A stretch of 64,000 nucleotides of DNA from Candidatus Levyibacteriota bacterium (GTDB taxonomy: Bacteria > Patescibacteriota > Microgenomatia > Levybacterales > UBA12049), in assembly GCA_038254115.1 (NCBI GenBank), contig JBBSGK010000001.1, positions 67,778 to 131,777 of the forward strand, in the 5' to 3' direction. The notes under the pieces were generated by a model. The model saw only the letters and a list, made by a program, of their open reading frames with translations, made no database searches and had not been told where the DNA came from. Positions 38,706 through 47,549 of this stretch are shown here, piece after piece. Position 1 is the stretch's first letter. The number at the start of each line of letters is the position of its first letter. Made by a program: the position numbers and the translations under genes.

Positions 38706-39506
38706 TTATTTAAAGTATTTTACAGCATTTTTGAATATTTGTAACCCTGGTCCATCAACCGGAAGTTTTTGTCCCTCTCTATTATACTTTTCTTTCAGCA
38801 ATTGCCAATTGGGAATTTGATTAAAAAACATTCCCCGTTCAGGATGGGGCATAAGACCCAAGATTTTACCTGTGCTGTCAGTAATGCCTGCAATATCATC
38901 AATTGAGCCATTAGGATTGGCAGGAAGATCCAGATAAATACTCATTTCTCCCAGTGTATACTGTAGTGCAATTTGTCTGTTTTTATGTAATTCCTTGAGA
39001 TCTTTTTTGTCTACGAAAAACTTTCCTTCACCATGTGCGATTGGTAGGGACAGAGTATCAATTCCCAAGAGCCAGGGAGTATCGGATACGACCCTCAGGT
39101 CTACCCAGCGGGTAATAAACCGAGCCGATTGGTTGTAAACCTGTGCAACCTGTCTTTCACCGTAGTTTTGAGAAAGGGCCGGAATAAGGCCAAGATTTGT
39201 AACAATCTGGCAGCCATTACATATTCCAATGATAAGCTTATCTTTCTCAAGAAACTTTTGTATTTGCACCCAAAGATGATTACGTACTTTATTTGCGTAT
39301 GCATTTCCGGCACCTGTGTCATCTCCATATGCAAAACCGCCCGGGAAGGACAATATTTGGTATTTATCCAGTTTTTCCCGCCCATCAACGATATCATTGA
39401 TATGAACAATGTCTGAGCTAGCCCCTGCTAATTCAAAGCCATATGCGGTTTCTTCTTCTGAATTTAGTCCGTATCCTGAAAAAACTAAAACTTTTGGTTT
39501 GTTCAT
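38706..39506 (-). CDS. purQ: FGAM synthase glutaminase subunit
   Basis: PGGFAYGD, GICNGCQ, AHGEG, NPNGS, MPHPER. Confidence 0.96.
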   Translation of the reverse strand: MNKPKVLVFSGYGLNSEEETAYGFELAGASSDIVHINDIVDGREKLDKYQILSFPGGFAYGDDTGAGNAYANKVRNHLWVQIQKFLEKDKLIIGICNGCQIVTNLGLIPALSQNYGERQVAQVYNQSARFITRWVDLRVVSDTPWLLGIDTLSLPIAHGEGKFFVDKKDLKELHKNRQIALQYTLGEMSIYLDLPANPNGSIDDIAGITDSTGKILGLMPHPERGMFFNQIPNWQLLKEKYNREGQKLPVDGPGLQIFKNAVKYFK

Positions 39507-39510
39507 AATA

Positions 39511-42500
39511 TTAATAATCCGCAAATGTTTTTCTATACGCGTTTGTTGCATCTTTCAAATTCAAGTTAATTATCTCCTCTCCTTTTAGTCCATTAATTTT
39601 TATGGTTGGTTCTTTGACTATTTTTCCAATTTGGGATATCGCGTTTCCTAGCATAGCTTTTTCAAATATTTTTTTATTGCTTGGCGCAATTGTCACTAAA
39701 ATTCTTCCCTGGCTTTCCGAGTATAGTGCAAAATCATTTCTGTTTACGCTGCCCGGTAAATTTTTCAAATAAATATCTGCCCCAAGCTGTCCACCTATTA
39801 TTTTTTTGGCAAGTGCAACAGCGAGTCCTCCGCGCCCAATGCTAATGCTTGATGCGATAAGTTTTTGCTGAATTGCATTATAGTAAGAAGCATATAATTT
39901 TTTATTTTTCTCGGCATCTACATCCGGCACGATACTTCCTGTTTGATTAATCATCGAAAAATATTCAGATCCACCTAATTCTTCGTGTGTTTCTCCCAAA
40001 ATGTAAATTATGTCTCCAGCAAATTTTGCATCAAGTGAAACGGTTTTTGTTATGTCATCAATCACACCAATTGATGAAATGAGAAGAGTGGGGGGGACTG
40101 AGATTTTGATAGGCAAGCCATTATTATCAAATCCTTTAAAGTCATTGAACATGCTATCTTTTCCTGAAATAAAAGGAGTGCCATATGATACTGCATAATC
40201 GTAGCAAGCTTTTGCGGTTTGTTTTAATTGCCATAAGCGTTCCGGTTCAAAGCTTTCGCACCAGCAAAAATTGTCCAAAAGCGCGATTATGTCAGGCTTG
40301 GCTCCTGCGGCAATAACATTTCTTACTGCGCTATCGATACAAACTGCACCCATTTTGTAAGGATCAATTTCAGAATAACTAGGATATAAAGCTTGGGACA
40401 TTACTACTCCCTTTTGGCTTTTTAAAATAGGTTTGATTACCGATGCATCAGCATTCACTCTGCCCCGCCCCTGAAGCGGCCCCAGGACTGCGTTACTTTG
40501 AACGATATTATCGTATTGTTGTGATATAAATTTAAAACTTGTTAGATTCATACGCGACAACATTGAAAGCAATATTTTTTTTTGATCTTTTGGTTCTGCA
40601 ATGCTTAATTCTTGCTTCTTAATGCTTAATTCTTTGGTTTCAAGTTGGCGCTTAGGAAGACCGTCGTGTAAAAACTCTAAATCAACATCCATTATTTTTT
40701 TACCGTTATAGTCGACAACACACCGGCCGCTTCTTGTAAATTCACCAATTATAGTTGCCTCAACACCCCGCCTCTTCATAAGATCTGAAAATTTCTTCCA
40801 GTTATTTTTGGGAATGGCAAGTGTCATACGCTCCTGGGATTCCGAGATCCAAATTTCCCAGGGATCAAGGCCTGCATACTTAAGTGGTACTTTTTCAAGA
40901 TCTACAATGCAGCCGCCTGATTCTTTTGCCATTTCCGAAACTGAGCAGGAAAGTCCGCCGGCTCCATCGTCTGTGATGCTGTTGTACAGCAACTGATCAC
41001 GCGCTTCTTTTATGATAGCATCACTCATTTTTTTCTGAGTAATCGGATCACCAATTTGTACTGCAGCAGCAGGGCTTCCACTGTCTAGCCCAACTGATGA
41101 AAAAGTAGCTCCGTGAATTCCATCCTTACCGACTCGCCCCCCGGTCATTACTATCAAGTCGCCAGGTAGGGATTTTTTAATGTGTGATAATTTGCCTTTA
41201 ATTTTTTTCGGGATTAGTCCGATTGTACCGGCAAACACCAAAGGTTTACCCCTATAACGCTCATCAAAGTATATAAATCCCTGAGGTGTCGGAATTCCTG
41301 ATTGATTCCCTCCTGCATTTACACCGTCTATTACTCCGTCCATTATCCTCCTGCTGGAGAGTATTGGATTTTTGAGGTCTTTATCACGATATAAAATTAT
41401 TTCATCCGATGGATCTCCTGCCCGCAACGCTCTCGCTTGCGAGGCGGGCGGGGCGAGACAAAACCCGTAAAAATTGGCAATAGGTTTGGCACCTAGACCA
41501 AATCCGATCGTATCGCGGTTAACGCCTACAATCCCGGTTATGGATCCCCCATATGGGTCAAGAGCTGATGGGCTATTATGTGTTTCTACTTTGTGAGTTA
41601 TTAAATAATTATCATCAAAAACAATTGCTCCTGAGTTATCTGTAAAAACAGAAACACAGAAATCCTTTTTGCCTTTCTTTTTTCTAATCTCTTCCGTTGC
41701 CCGCTTAATATAAGTTTTGTAAAGCCCGCCTTTTATTTTATCAATTGGTCCTCCAAAAATTGTATGCTTGCAATGTTCAGACCATGTCTGGGCAATTGAC
41801 TCCAGCTCAATATCAGTGGGATTACGTCCTAGCTTTTTAAAATATTTTTGAATTGCTTTCATAAATAGAAGATCAAGAGCAAGAGGACCACGCCGGGTCT
41901 CATCAGAATTTAAAATTCCAGATTTTCCAATTTTTATCAACTCCTCGTCTGATATATTGAGATTAACATCTGTTACTTGAGGTTTTTTAATAAGTTTTAC
42001 TTTGGAAGTAACGATATCCATCCCTCCGTCTTTAATAAACTGCCCGCAGCTTTTTATAAGTGTTCTCTGAATTAGAGGATTATGAAGACTTAGTGCGATT
42101 TGTTCTGCATCCGCTTTTGAAATTTTTCCATTAATGAATGTGACTTGGGAAGTGTAAACATCTTCATCGTTTGAAAATTTTATTTTCAAAGTGTCTTCAA
42201 TTATTTCTTTCGCAGTGTGCGCTATGTTATCGGTCACTCCCGGAAGAAATCCAATTTCTATTGCAAAACTAAACTGGTTTTCTAGTTTTGCCTTTTTGTT
42301 TTTTGTTCGAAATATAAAATTCTGAGTGACAGGATTGGATAATGCTTGTGCAATTGATTCGAGATGTTTTTCTGAAAATGATTTGTCAACAGTATATACA
42401 TCGATTATCCAAAGATCTGAAATATTTTTAAAGCCAAAACCATTTAGCTTTTTTTGCCGAGTTTGCGCTCTTGCATCAAAATCTTTTACTATAATTCCTA

Positions 42501-42513
42501 TCCTTGTTGTCAT
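39511..42513 (-). CDS. purL: FGAM synthase large subunit with N-terminal PurS-like extension
   Basis: QTWSEHCKH, KVETHNSPS, DDGAGG, SESQERM, ISGKDS; N-terminal ~180 aa with LSNPV / PGVTDN / LHNPLIQ PurS-like repeats; start ATG 42513. Confidence 0.95.
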   Translation of the reverse strand: MTTRIGIIVKDFDARAQTRQKKLNGFGFKNISDLWIIDVYTVDKSFSEKHLESIAQALSNPVTQNFIFRTKNKKAKLENQFSFAIEIGFLPGVTDNIAHTAKEIIEDTLKIKFSNDEDVYTSQVTFINGKISKADAEQIALSLHNPLIQRTLIKSCGQFIKDGGMDIVTSKVKLIKKPQVTDVNLNISDEELIKIGKSGILNSDETRRGPLALDLLFMKAIQKYFKKLGRNPTDIELESIAQTWSEHCKHTIFGGPIDKIKGGLYKTYIKRATEEIRKKKGKKDFCVSVFTDNSGAIVFDDNYLITHKVETHNSPSALDPYGGSITGIVGVNRDTIGFGLGAKPIANFYGFCLAPPASQARALRAGDPSDEIILYRDKDLKNPILSSRRIMDGVIDGVNAGGNQSGIPTPQGFIYFDERYRGKPLVFAGTIGLIPKKIKGKLSHIKKSLPGDLIVMTGGRVGKDGIHGATFSSVGLDSGSPAAAVQIGDPITQKKMSDAIIKEARDQLLYNSITDDGAGGLSCSVSEMAKESGGCIVDLEKVPLKYAGLDPWEIWISESQERMTLAIPKNNWKKFSDLMKRRGVEATIIGEFTRSGRCVVDYNGKKIMDVDLEFLHDGLPKRQLETKELSIKKQELSIAEPKDQKKILLSMLSRMNLTSFKFISQQYDNIVQSNAVLGPLQGRGRVNADASVIKPILKSQKGVVMSQALYPSYSEIDPYKMGAVCIDSAVRNVIAAGAKPDIIALLDNFCWCESFEPERLWQLKQTAKACYDYAVSYGTPFISGKDSMFNDFKGFDNNGLPIKISVPPTLLISSIGVIDDITKTVSLDAKFAGDIIYILGETHEELGGSEYFSMINQTGSIVPDVDAEKNKKLYASYYNAIQQKLIASSISIGRGGLAVALAKKIIGGQLGADIYLKNLPGSVNRNDFALYSESQGRILVTIAPSNKKIFEKAMLGNAISQIGKIVKEPTIKINGLKGEEIINLNLKDATNAYRKTFADY
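41417..41452. repeat. 36-nt GC-rich hairpin element inserted in frame in purL (PPASQARALRAG)
   Basis: cctgcccgc-aacgct-ctcgc-tt-gcgag-gcgggcggg; removing it restores FCLADP. Confidence 0.8.
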
Positions 42514-43781
42514 ATCTTTCCAATGTCCAATCTGCATTGCATGCCTTCAAAATGAATTCCATTTTTTCCAATTGCAGAATAAGCTTTTTTCAGTGCCTCA
42601 TTAAGTGTTTTACCTATTGCAGTTATACCAAGAACGCGACCCCCGTTTGTCAAAATTTTTCCATTTGCTTTTTTTGTTGCGAAGTGAAAAACAAAAATAT
42701 CTTCGTTTTTAATATTATTTAATCCATGAATTTCAATATTTTTTTTGTAACTTCCCGGGTATCCTGGGGATGCAAGGATGATGCAGCATGCAGATTGTTT
42801 AGCCCACTTTATATTTAACTCAGATAAATTTCCTTCTACGCAGGCAACTAGAATATCATAGAAATCTGTTTGCAGAAGTCTCATGTACGATTCCATTTCA
42901 GGATCTCCAAATCTTGAATTAAATTCAATTACTTTGGGTCCATCTTTTGTCATCATGAGTCCGGGATAAAGACAACCTACAAATGGTATGCCTTTTTTCT
43001 TAAGCCCGTTTAATGCCGGCTCAACAATTTTTTTCTTTATAGTTTCCAGATCATTTTTTGTAATATCCGGAACCGGTGCGATGGTTCCCATACCGCCTGT
43101 ATTTGGTCCGAGGTTTCCATCATGGATTGGTTTGTGATCACGTGATGCGGGCCATATTGAAAAAATATTTCCATCTGAAAAAACATGAATTGATATCTCT
43201 TTGCCTTGTAGAAATTCCTCTATCACCACTTCGTTCCCGGCTTCTCCAAATATCTTTTTTACCATAAGTTCATTAATTGTCCCCAAGGCTTGGTCTAAAC
43301 TCCGGGCAATTATTACCCCTTTTCCTAGCGCTAAACCCGATGCTTTGATAACTACGGGAAATGTGTGGTTTTTGAGATATGTCTTTGCATCAGCGGCATT
43401 TTTAAAAGTTGAAAATTTTGCAGTTGGAATTTTTTCATCTTTCATTAAATCTTTGGCAAATGATTTTGACCATTCTATCTTTGCCGCTTCTTTTGTGGGG
43501 CCAAAAATCTTTAATCGTTTTTTCTGAAACGCATTTACAATCCCGGCGGCAAGTATATCATCAGGTCCTGCAATGGTTAGAGCAATTTTATTTGTTATCG
43601 CAAATTTAATTAGTCTATCAAAATCGAGCGGATTAATACTTGTATTCTCACCAACAGTTTCCGTTCCTGCAGTGCCAGGGGAAAAGTAAATTTTCCCAAC
43701 TTTTGGAGATTGCTTCAATTTCCATCCCAACGCATGCTCCCGCCCGCCTGAACCGATAATTAAAACATTATTTTTTTTCAC
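42510..43781 (-). CDS. purD: Phosphoribosylamine--glycine ligase
   Basis: GSGGREHA, KASGLALGKGV, GPNTGGMG, EFNSRFGDPE, TNGGRVL; probable GTG start overlapping the purF stop. Confidence 0.97.
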   Translation of the reverse strand: MKKNNVLIIGSGGREHALGWKLKQSPKVGKIYFSPGTAGTETVGENTSINPLDFDRLIKFAITNKIALTIAGPDDILAAGIVNAFQKKRLKIFGPTKEAAKIEWSKSFAKDLMKDEKIPTAKFSTFKNAADAKTYLKNHTFPVVIKASGLALGKGVIIARSLDQALGTINELMVKKIFGEAGNEVVIEEFLQGKEISIHVFSDGNIFSIWPASRDHKPIHDGNLGPNTGGMGTIAPVPDITKNDLETIKKKIVEPALNGLKKKGIPFVGCLYPGLMMTKDGPKVIEFNSRFGDPEMESYMRLLQTDFYDILVACVEGNLSELNIKWAKQSACCIILASPGYPGSYKKNIEIHGLNNIKNEDIFVFHFATKKANGKILTNGGRVLGITAIGKTLNEALKKAYSAIGKNGIHFEGMQCRLDIGKI

Positions 43782-45904
43782 CAAATAAATTCTCCTTTGC
43801 TGATATCAATACCATTTTTTATTACATGAAGAACTCGCTTTATTGCAGTTGGTAGAATTACATGTTCAGTTTCATGTATTTTTTTCTCCCATGATTCAAA
43901 TGTATCTTCAGGTCTTCTTCTTATCTCAGATTTCATAATAATTGGTCCCATGTCAAAGTGATTGCCTGCAACTATCTGATGAATTGTTATTCCTGAAACC
44001 GGCCACTCTTTTTCGAACGGAGGTTTAATTACTTGCATGCCCCATCCTCTAAGGACCGGAATTCTACCACGTGATGTTTGAACTGTTTCATCAAATTCTT
44101 TTGTAATTAGTGCGGGATGTAAGTTGATTGCACCAATTTGCATTTGTTGTATTTTTTCCCAAAATGGTTCTCCCAATATCATTGACCAGCCTGCTAATAC
44201 AATTAGATCAGGACGGTTTTTTTCTACATAATCAATTAATTTTATCTCATAATTTTCTCTTCCCAATTTATCAGATAATTTTCCTTCGTAAGGAATTACA
44301 ACCGACGGGATTTTATGTTTTTTTGCCCGGACCAGCCCATAAGCATCTTTTTTATTGGATACAACGCTAATTTTTGCATCAATATTCCCATTTTCTACCT
44401 GGTCAATTATTGCTTGCAAGTTTGTGCCGCCACCGGAAATGAACACTGCAATTTTTGGCTTTCCTGTTATTTTTTTATTTAATTTTGGAAGAGGTTTTTG
44501 TTTATCCCTGATTGGATGCGGACCGCCAAACGGGGCATAGTAAAAGTCTTCTTTCACGCCACCCATTGCTTCGGCAGTTTGTTCGATCGGTAGGTATATA
44601 ACTTTGTCCGCTTTTATGAGTTCTGCGATATTTTTTTCTATTCTATCAAACGGTTCTTTTTCAAATAGCGCAGCAGGCAATTCTTTCTTCGATCTCATGT
44701 CAATTCCCATATCGCACTGATCTACAACAGGAGGTGAGGCAAATGCCATATATATTTCTGTTGCTCCTGCTTTTTTGAGCTCCCTAGCCAAAATTTTACT
44801 TGTTGTAAGTCTTACCGCAGAGTCATCTACAACAACAACTTTTTTGCCTATCACCTCATCGGGAACTACGTTATGTTTGTGTCCGACAGCTGCCTCTCTT
44901 TTTTTCTGACCTGGTTGTATAAAGGTGCGCCCAATATAATGACTTGTCATGATTGCATCAACAAGTGGAAGTCCCAATGCCTTTGAAACTCCTTTTGCTG
45001 CAGGGTATCCAGAATCAAATACAGGAACTACAATATCAGGTTTAATATTTTTTTGTTTGATCCTCCGAGCCAAAAATGTTCCACTTCTTTCACGTCCAGC
45101 CTTAACCCGCCTTCCGTTAATAAAACTGTCTGGTCTTGTAAAATAAATATATTCAAGTATACAGAATTGGTGACGTTTGGGAACTCCGAAAAAGTAGGAA
45201 TTCAGTGATCCATCTTTACTTATTTTTATTATCTCACCGGGCGCAACATCGCGGACAAAATCAGCGCCCGTTGTATCTATGGATACGGATTCTGATGCGA
45301 TAATCCAGCCCTTGGGTAGTTTGCCAAGGCAAAGCGGGCGGATGCCAAAAGGGTCACGTACAGCGAAAATTGATCCATCTTCTGTCAGAATAGTCAAATT
45401 ATATGCCCCTTCAAAAAAGGGAAGGGTGTGCACAAGAGTTTCCTCCCAGCTATTAAAAGATTTGCGTTCTTTTATAAGAAGTTTGGCCATAAGCGTTGTA
45501 TCGCTGTTCGCTTTTTCGTGTCCTCCCAAATGCTTTTTAAGATTCGATACATCAGGAATGTTTCCGTTGTGGCCTATGCTTATTTGATATTTGTCATTTG
45601 TTATATCCAATGGTTGGGCATTTGAAAATGAGGATTCGCCGGAAGTTCCATAGCGGTTTTGTCCGATCACGGATTGGCTTTTACCCAAATTTTGAATAAT
45701 AGTATCAGTAAGCACATGAGGAACAAGCCCCATGCCTTTATATGTAACAATTTTATTTTTTGGAGTATAAACAGAGAGGCCTGCACTTTCAAGTCCGCGG
45801 TGCTGGAGAGCTGCTAGGGCTAGGCGTGCAAGGTATGGCGCATGACCGTTTGCATCCCATACTGCAATTACACCGCATTTCTCTCTTAAATCAATATTAC
45901 TCAT
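43778..45904 (-). CDS. purF: Amidophosphoribosyltransferase fused to GAR transformylase (PurF-PurN)
   Basis: REKCG propeptide/Cys nucleophile, LQHRG, HNGNI, RDPFGIRPL, VDDS; then IAVFISGGGTNLQAII, LAGW, NLHPAL, GPII. Confidence 0.93.
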   Translation of the reverse strand: MSNIDLREKCGVIAVWDANGHAPYLARLALAALQHRGLESAGLSVYTPKNKIVTYKGMGLVPHVLTDTIIQNLGKSQSVIGQNRYGTSGESSFSNAQPLDITNDKYQISIGHNGNIPDVSNLKKHLGGHEKANSDTTLMAKLLIKERKSFNSWEETLVHTLPFFEGAYNLTILTEDGSIFAVRDPFGIRPLCLGKLPKGWIIASESVSIDTTGADFVRDVAPGEIIKISKDGSLNSYFFGVPKRHQFCILEYIYFTRPDSFINGRRVKAGRERSGTFLARRIKQKNIKPDIVVPVFDSGYPAAKGVSKALGLPLVDAIMTSHYIGRTFIQPGQKKREAAVGHKHNVVPDEVIGKKVVVVDDSAVRLTTSKILARELKKAGATEIYMAFASPPVVDQCDMGIDMRSKKELPAALFEKEPFDRIEKNIAELIKADKVIYLPIEQTAEAMGGVKEDFYYAPFGGPHPIRDKQKPLPKLNKKITGKPKIAVFISGGGTNLQAIIDQVENGNIDAKISVVSNKKDAYGLVRAKKHKIPSVVIPYEGKLSDKLGRENYEIKLIDYVEKNRPDLIVLAGWSMILGEPFWEKIQQMQIGAINLHPALITKEFDETVQTSRGRIPVLRGWGMQVIKPPFEKEWPVSGITIHQIVAGNHFDMGPIIMKSEIRRRPEDTFESWEKKIHETEHVILPTAIKRVLHVIKNGIDISKGEFIW

Positions 45905-46028
45905 AATTAAAAGAACAAAAAAACCCGCTCGTTAGCGGGGTTATGTTTTTATGCTTCGGCACTGAGCATTCTAATTTAATTATAATATATCTCTTTTGTT
46001 GTTTCAATAGGATTTTTGCTACCTCCAT
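45897..46028 (-). CDS. Candidate 43-aa leader peptide spanning the pur-leader terminator
   Basis: MEVAKILLKQQKRYIIIKLECSVPKHKNITPLTSGFFCSFNYE*, 5 nt after TGCTATAAT; overlaps the purF start; no homology evidence. Confidence 0.3.
   Translation of the reverse strand: MEVAKILLKQQKRYIIIKLECSVPKHKNITPLTSGFFCSFNYE
45917..45940 (-). terminator. Intrinsic terminator in the 5' leader of the pur operon (attenuator)
   Basis: Minus strand cccgct-aacg-agcggg followed by T7, ending 12 nt before the purF ATG. Confidence 0.8.
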
Positions 46029-46042
46029 ATGGTATTATAGCA
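45979..46042 (-). promoter_or_regulatory. Two promoters for the pur operon
   Basis: TTGAAA(46007)-17-TATAAT(45984-45979) and an upstream extended -10 TGCTATAAT (46042-46034). Confidence 0.7.
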
Positions 46043-46093
46043 CAATTACTCATAAATTACATTAAATTGGGCCCGATATGTTAAAATCAGTCC

Positions 46094-47095
46094 ATGGATA
46101 ACATAAGGGAAAGGGCTGAAAAATTGATTGAAAAAGTAGACGCTGAAAGTAAGCGGGAAAAGATAAGAGAGCTCGAGGGGGAGAGTTCAAAGCCCAATTT
46201 TTGGCAAGATCATCAAAAGGCAGCCCTTGTAATGAAAGAGCTGTCGGATCTCCAGAAAGAGCTTGAGGACATAGAGCTCTTGCAAATGTATGTGAGTGAG
46301 GGGGAGGATGAAGAGGCAGCTAAGCTCCTAAAGAAATTAGAACTGTTGTTATTTTTTGGCGGAGTAAATGATCAGGCGAATGCTATTATGGGTATTCACT
46401 CAGGGCAAGGAGGAGTTGAGGCAATGGACTGGGCAGAGATGCTTTTTAGAATGTACACCAGATTTTTTGAGAAAAAGGGATGGAAATATGAGATTTTGGA
46501 TCAGACGCAGGGTGAGGAAGCAGGGATAAAAAGTATAACAATTGCAGTGAGCGGTAAATATGCATTTGGATACCTCAAACATGAAGGAGGCGCGCACCGA
46601 TTGGTACGGCAATCGCCTTTTAACGCAGATAAGCTCCGTCAAACCTCTTTTGCACTTGTTGAAATTTTGCCTGAAGTTGCAAAAGAAGTGCTGGATCTTA
46701 AAGATGATGACATAGAATTTGAAGCATTCCGATCAGGAGGACATGGCGGACAAAATGTAAATAAGGTTTCAACGGCAGTCCGCATCAAACACAAGCCAAC
46801 GGGAATCGCAGTTACCGCCTCAGTTGAGCGCTCCCAAATCCAAAACCGGGAATTTGCAATGAAGCTTCTCCGTGCAAAGTTGTGGGCGATTCAGGAAGAG
46901 GAAAGAAAGAAAAAAGAAGCGGAATTAAAGGGCGGTTACAAAACGCCCGGCTGGGGGAATCAGATCCGGTCATATGTCCTGCACCCTTATAAAATGGTAA
47001 AGGATTTGCGGACTGGTGTTGAGACAGGTAATACGGATGCTGTTTTGGATGGAGATTTGGATATGTTTATTGAAGAAGAGCTTCGGGTTTTATAA
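46094..47095 (+). CDS. prfB: Peptide chain release factor 2 (no programmed frameshift)
   Basis: SPF motif (RQSPFN), [16 protein letters not shown]. Confidence 0.96.
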   Translation: MDNIRERAEKLIEKVDAESKREKIRELEGESSKPNFWQDHQKAALVMKELSDLQKELEDIELLQMYVSEGEDEEAAKLLKKLELLLFFGGVNDQANAIMGIHSGQGGVEAMDWAEMLFRMYTRFFEKKGWKYEILDQTQGEEAGIKSITIAVSGKYAFGYLKHEGGAHRLVRQSPFNADKLRQTSFALVEILPEVAKEVLDLKDDDIEFEAFRSGGHGGQNVNKVSTAVRIKHKPTGIAVTASVERSQIQNREFAMKLLRAKLWAIQEEERKKKEAELKGGYKTPGWGNQIRSYVLHPYKMVKDLRTGVETGNTDAVLDGDLDMFIEEELRVL

Positions 47096-47197
47096 TTGCA
47101 TATAGTTTTTTCTTACGCGACCTTTACTCCGTCCTAGTATATATCTTAATGTTACCTGATTAAATGGATTATCAACGGGAAAGGAGGTGGATAATCT

Positions 47198-47479
47198 ATG
47201 GCAAAAAGAACAAGCCGGGGACTAGGTTCAAGTAAAATTGATCCTCAAAAAAAACGTGATATTCAAAGTAAGGGTGGACAGGTGAGTTCCATGCAGCAGG
47301 ACATGAGCGCATTGGGTCAAAAAGGCGGACAGGCAGCGCAAAGAAGCGGTCACGCGCATAAGCTGACTAATGCCGAAAGAAGCCGAGGTGGGCAGAAAAG
47401 CTCAGTATCTTTTACAAATATTTCAAGAGATGAATTAGCGGAAGGAGATAGCATGCGAAGTGACAGTAGGCAGTTGTGA
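47198..47479 (+). CDS. KGG-repeat general stress protein (YciG/GsiB-like)
   Basis: SKGGQ, QKGGQ, SRGGQ repeats; AAGGAGGTG SD at 47181. Confidence 0.75.
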   Translation: MAKRTSRGLGSSKIDPQKKRDIQSKGGQVSSMQQDMSALGQKGGQAAQRSGHAHKLTNAERSRGGQKSSVSFTNISRDELAEGDSMRSDSRQL

Positions 47480-47511
47480 TTTTTTAGAACAAAAAGTTTT
47501 GGGTTATTTGT

Positions 47512-47537
47512 GACAGACAGTTGCGGGCTATCTGTTT
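47512..47537. terminator. Possible hairpin terminator between convergent genes
   Basis: gacagacagt-tgcg-ggctatctgtt imperfect stem. Confidence 0.35.
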
Positions 47538-47549
47538 GAAGTTATTTAG

